Below, piece after piece: positions 61,748 to 64,000 of a DNA stretch of 64,000 nucleotides. Source of the stretch: an uncultured delta proteobacterium. GTDB lineage: Bacteria; Desulfobacterota; RBG-13-43-22. The position numbers and the translations under genes were made by a program. The stretch lies in NCBI GenBank assembly GCA_963711835.1, contig CAVQFQ010000005.1, positions 64,001 to 128,000 on the forward strand, given 5' to 3'. The notes under the pieces were generated by a model that saw only the letters and a list, made by a program, of their open reading frames with translations, did no database searches and was not told the origin of the DNA. Every line of letters begins with the position of its first letter. Position 1 is the first letter of the stretch.

Positions 61748-63549
61748 AAGAACAAACCTTTTCTATGATCTTAAGAAGGTCCTTGCCGGCCGTCTATGTC
61801 CTGGCCGCCTTGTTGACCCTGGTTGTTATCTATACCGGCTACTCTACCACGAAAAAGATCCAGGAGACCATCAGCCATCAATTCAATCAGCAACAATTGA
61901 TCCTGGCCCGAAAAATCTCCGATCAGATTCAAAATCAGATCTCCCACCTTCAGATTTCCCTCCTGGGACTAAAAAATATTTCTAAACTGGAAGGGGCAGG
62001 AATCGAGACTCTGGCGGATAAAATATTCCTGCCCAATAAGAAGCTGTTGGGCGGTGATGTCCTGGCCATCCTTTATCTGGATCAGGAGGGAAAGATTATC
62101 GGTCGCATTCAGGATCCTGGCTGGAATCCCGAAGAAATTCCCCTGGCCAAACCCGAAGCGCTCGCTCCTTATTTGCTAACCCCCTTGCTGAGCAATCGGG
62201 TCTGGATGGGATCCACTTTGCTTTTGGATGGCAGGTGGGTTCTGCCTCTGGGGGTGCCTGTGTCCAGGAAAATAAAGGGAAGGGTAGTCGTTCGGGGGGC
62301 CCTGTTCTTTATACTGGATGCCATTCACATTGCCCAAAAAGCTACCGGAGGGGTAATTTCAGGGAGGACCGGCTACGCCTGGATCATCAACCGCGAGGGC
62401 ATCCTCCTGGATCATCACGAAAAGGACTTTATTGGCAAAAGTATTTTTGTCGTCCGCAAGGTCAGAAATCCAAAGCTGTCCTATCAAAAAATCGATGATC
62501 TGACACGCAATGAATTACTTAAGGGAAAGGAAGGCACTTCCACCTACATCAGCGGCTGGCATCGTTCCCAGAAAACAGCCGTAGAAAAGTTAATCGCCTA
62601 TACACCCATTCCTTTCTATGAGACGCCGGAGCGGGCCGGGCGCCCCCAGCCGATACGGAGCTCTGAGCTCTGGTCGGTCGCCCTGGTTGCCCCGGTGGCG
62701 GAAATCTCAGGGCTGGTTCGCAGCCTTAATTTCCAGCAGTTTATCCTGATCGGCATCTTTCAGATCCTAATCATCATGGGAACAGGGTTTTTTGTATTGA
62801 TCTCCAGCCGCTGGTCCCGATATTTATCCCTTGAAGTGGAACAAAAAACCGAGGAGCTGAAAAAATCCCAAGAAAAGCTGGTTCATTCGGAAAGGCTGGC
62901 AGCCGTTGGATCCATGGCCAGCCACGTCTCCCATGAAATAAAAAATCCCTTGATTGCCATCGGGGGTCTGGCCCAACAACTGAAGCGCTCCCCCCATTTA
63001 GATGAAAAAGAAAAGGGGAAACTGGAACTGATTACCACCGAGGTAAGCCGTCTGGAAAAAATCCTGATCGAGGTCAGGGATTTTACCCGTCCGACAACAC
63101 CCAGTAAGGTCAAGGCCGATATAAACCAGGTTTTTAGAGAATTAATACAATTGTCAAGCCCTGTCCTTCAGGAGAACGGCATACAAATACAGGCCAGTCT
63201 GGATGACAGCCTGCCGGCCTTTTGCTTTGATCCGGGGCAAATGAAACAGGTCTTTATTAACCTGATGAAAAATGCGGCTGAAGCCATGCCTGAAGGAGGC
63301 ACCCTCTCTGTTATGACCCGGAAAGAACGCCAGGGCGTCATGATTCAGATAGCGGATACCGGCACAGGTATCGATGCCAAGGTCAAAGAAAATCTCTTCC
63401 GGCCCTTTATGACTACCAAGAAAAAGGGAACCGGCTTGGGCCTGGCCGTATCTTCTAAGCTGATCCAAGACCACAATGGGGATATCAAATTAGAATCCGA
63501 GGTCGACTTTGGTACCACCGTTATCATTCGGTTGCCCCTGGAAGAATAA
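61744..63549 (+). CDS. Membrane sensor histidine kinase with Cache-like periplasmic domain
   Basis: Two TMs, SHEIKNPL, NLMKNA, DTGTG, GTGLGL. Confidence 0.92.
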   Translation: MKEQTFSMILRRSLPAVYVLAALLTLVVIYTGYSTTKKIQETISHQFNQQQLILARKISDQIQNQISHLQISLLGLKNISKLEGAGIETLADKIFLPNKKLLGGDVLAILYLDQEGKIIGRIQDPGWNPEEIPLAKPEALAPYLLTPLLSNRVWMGSTLLLDGRWVLPLGVPVSRKIKGRVVVRGALFFILDAIHIAQKATGGVISGRTGYAWIINREGILLDHHEKDFIGKSIFVVRKVRNPKLSYQKIDDLTRNELLKGKEGTSTYISGWHRSQKTAVEKLIAYTPIPFYETPERAGRPQPIRSSELWSVALVAPVAEISGLVRSLNFQQFILIGIFQILIIMGTGFFVLISSRWSRYLSLEVEQKTEELKKSQEKLVHSERLAAVGSMASHVSHEIKNPLIAIGGLAQQLKRSPHLDEKEKGKLELITTEVSRLEKILIEVRDFTRPTTPSKVKADINQVFRELIQLSSPVLQENGIQIQASLDDSLPAFCFDPGQMKQVFINLMKNAAEAMPEGGTLSVMTRKERQGVMIQIADTGTGIDAKVKENLFRPFMTTKKKGTGLGLAVSSKLIQDHNGDIKLESEVDFGTTVIIRLPLEE

Positions 63550-63586
63550 TCACTCCAAAAGGTAAGAAAAAATTCGAAATCTGAAT

Positions 63587-64000
63587 ATGGGACTGAACCT
63601 TTTTGAAAAAATTATAGAAACTCATCAGGGGAAGAAAAAAGCCGGGCGGGGAGAATCCCTCTCCCTGACCGTGGACCAGGTCCTGACCCAGGACGCCACC
63701 GGAACCATGGTCTACCTGCAGTTCGAAGCCATTGGAATCGATCGGATTCAAATTCCCTTAGCGGTTTCCTATGTCGATCATAATACCCTCCAGGGTGATG
63801 CGAAAAACCCGGACGATCATCGCTATCTCCAAACCGCCGCCGCCCGCTACGGGGCCTACTTCTCCCCGCCGGGCAACGGTATCAGTCACCAGCTTCATCT
63901 GGAGCATTTCGCCAAACCAGGGCAGGTTCTCCTTGGCTCAGACAGCCACACCCCGACCTGCGGCGGTCTGGCCATGCTGGCCATGGGCTGCGGAGGCATT
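63587..64000 (+). CDS. Aconitase-family hydratase, N-terminal part (runs off window)
   Basis: DQVLTQDATGTM, YVDHN, GNGISHQ, GSDSHTPTCGG. Confidence 0.85.
   Translation, partial: MGLNLFEKIIETHQGKKKAGRGESLSLTVDQVLTQDATGTMVYLQFEAIGIDRIQIPLAVSYVDHNTLQGDAKNPDDHRYLQTAAARYGAYFSPPGNGISHQLHLEHFAKPGQVLLGSDSHTPTCGGLAMLAMGCGGI

Noticed and set aside
1-64000. CRISPR array or rRNA genes
   Set aside because: No regularly spaced direct repeats or rRNA-like sequence seen

Overview
From about 6.5 kb onward this looks like chromosomal DNA of an anaerobic Desulfobacterota (Deltaproteobacteria)-type bacterium. It carries a sigma54 regulator, a DUF39/NIL-ferredoxin homocysteine module, murI, gatCA, the ftsH-folP-cdaA-cdaR-glmM-coaX operon, tRNA-Pro, purC, pfkA, proC, valS, an acyl-CoA ligase plus branched-chain-type ABC transporter, dgt, lptG and a sensor kinase. 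The first ~6.5 kb differs in codon style (a GGT/DUF6305/TRAP/deacylase cluster, then a cupin and dehydrogenase fragment) and joins the rest through what looks like a chimeric junction. Many single-base frameshifts suggest low-coverage long-read errors. Most notable signals: (1) a nested intergenic element family whose inner core occurs in both orientations relative to a conserved outer frame, plus one empty frame; (2) a selenoprotein missed by the ORF track (in-frame UGA plus SECIS-like hairpin); (3) a group II intron inserted into a palindromic repeat; (4) a decaying defence island (25.3-31.3 kb) with three antitoxins whose toxins are deleted, plus integron integrase, type ISP R-M and RipA-like remnants; (5) a GGT-family enzyme with an altered acyl pocket between two deacylases. 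All family assignments come from motif recognition by eye; no database search was run.
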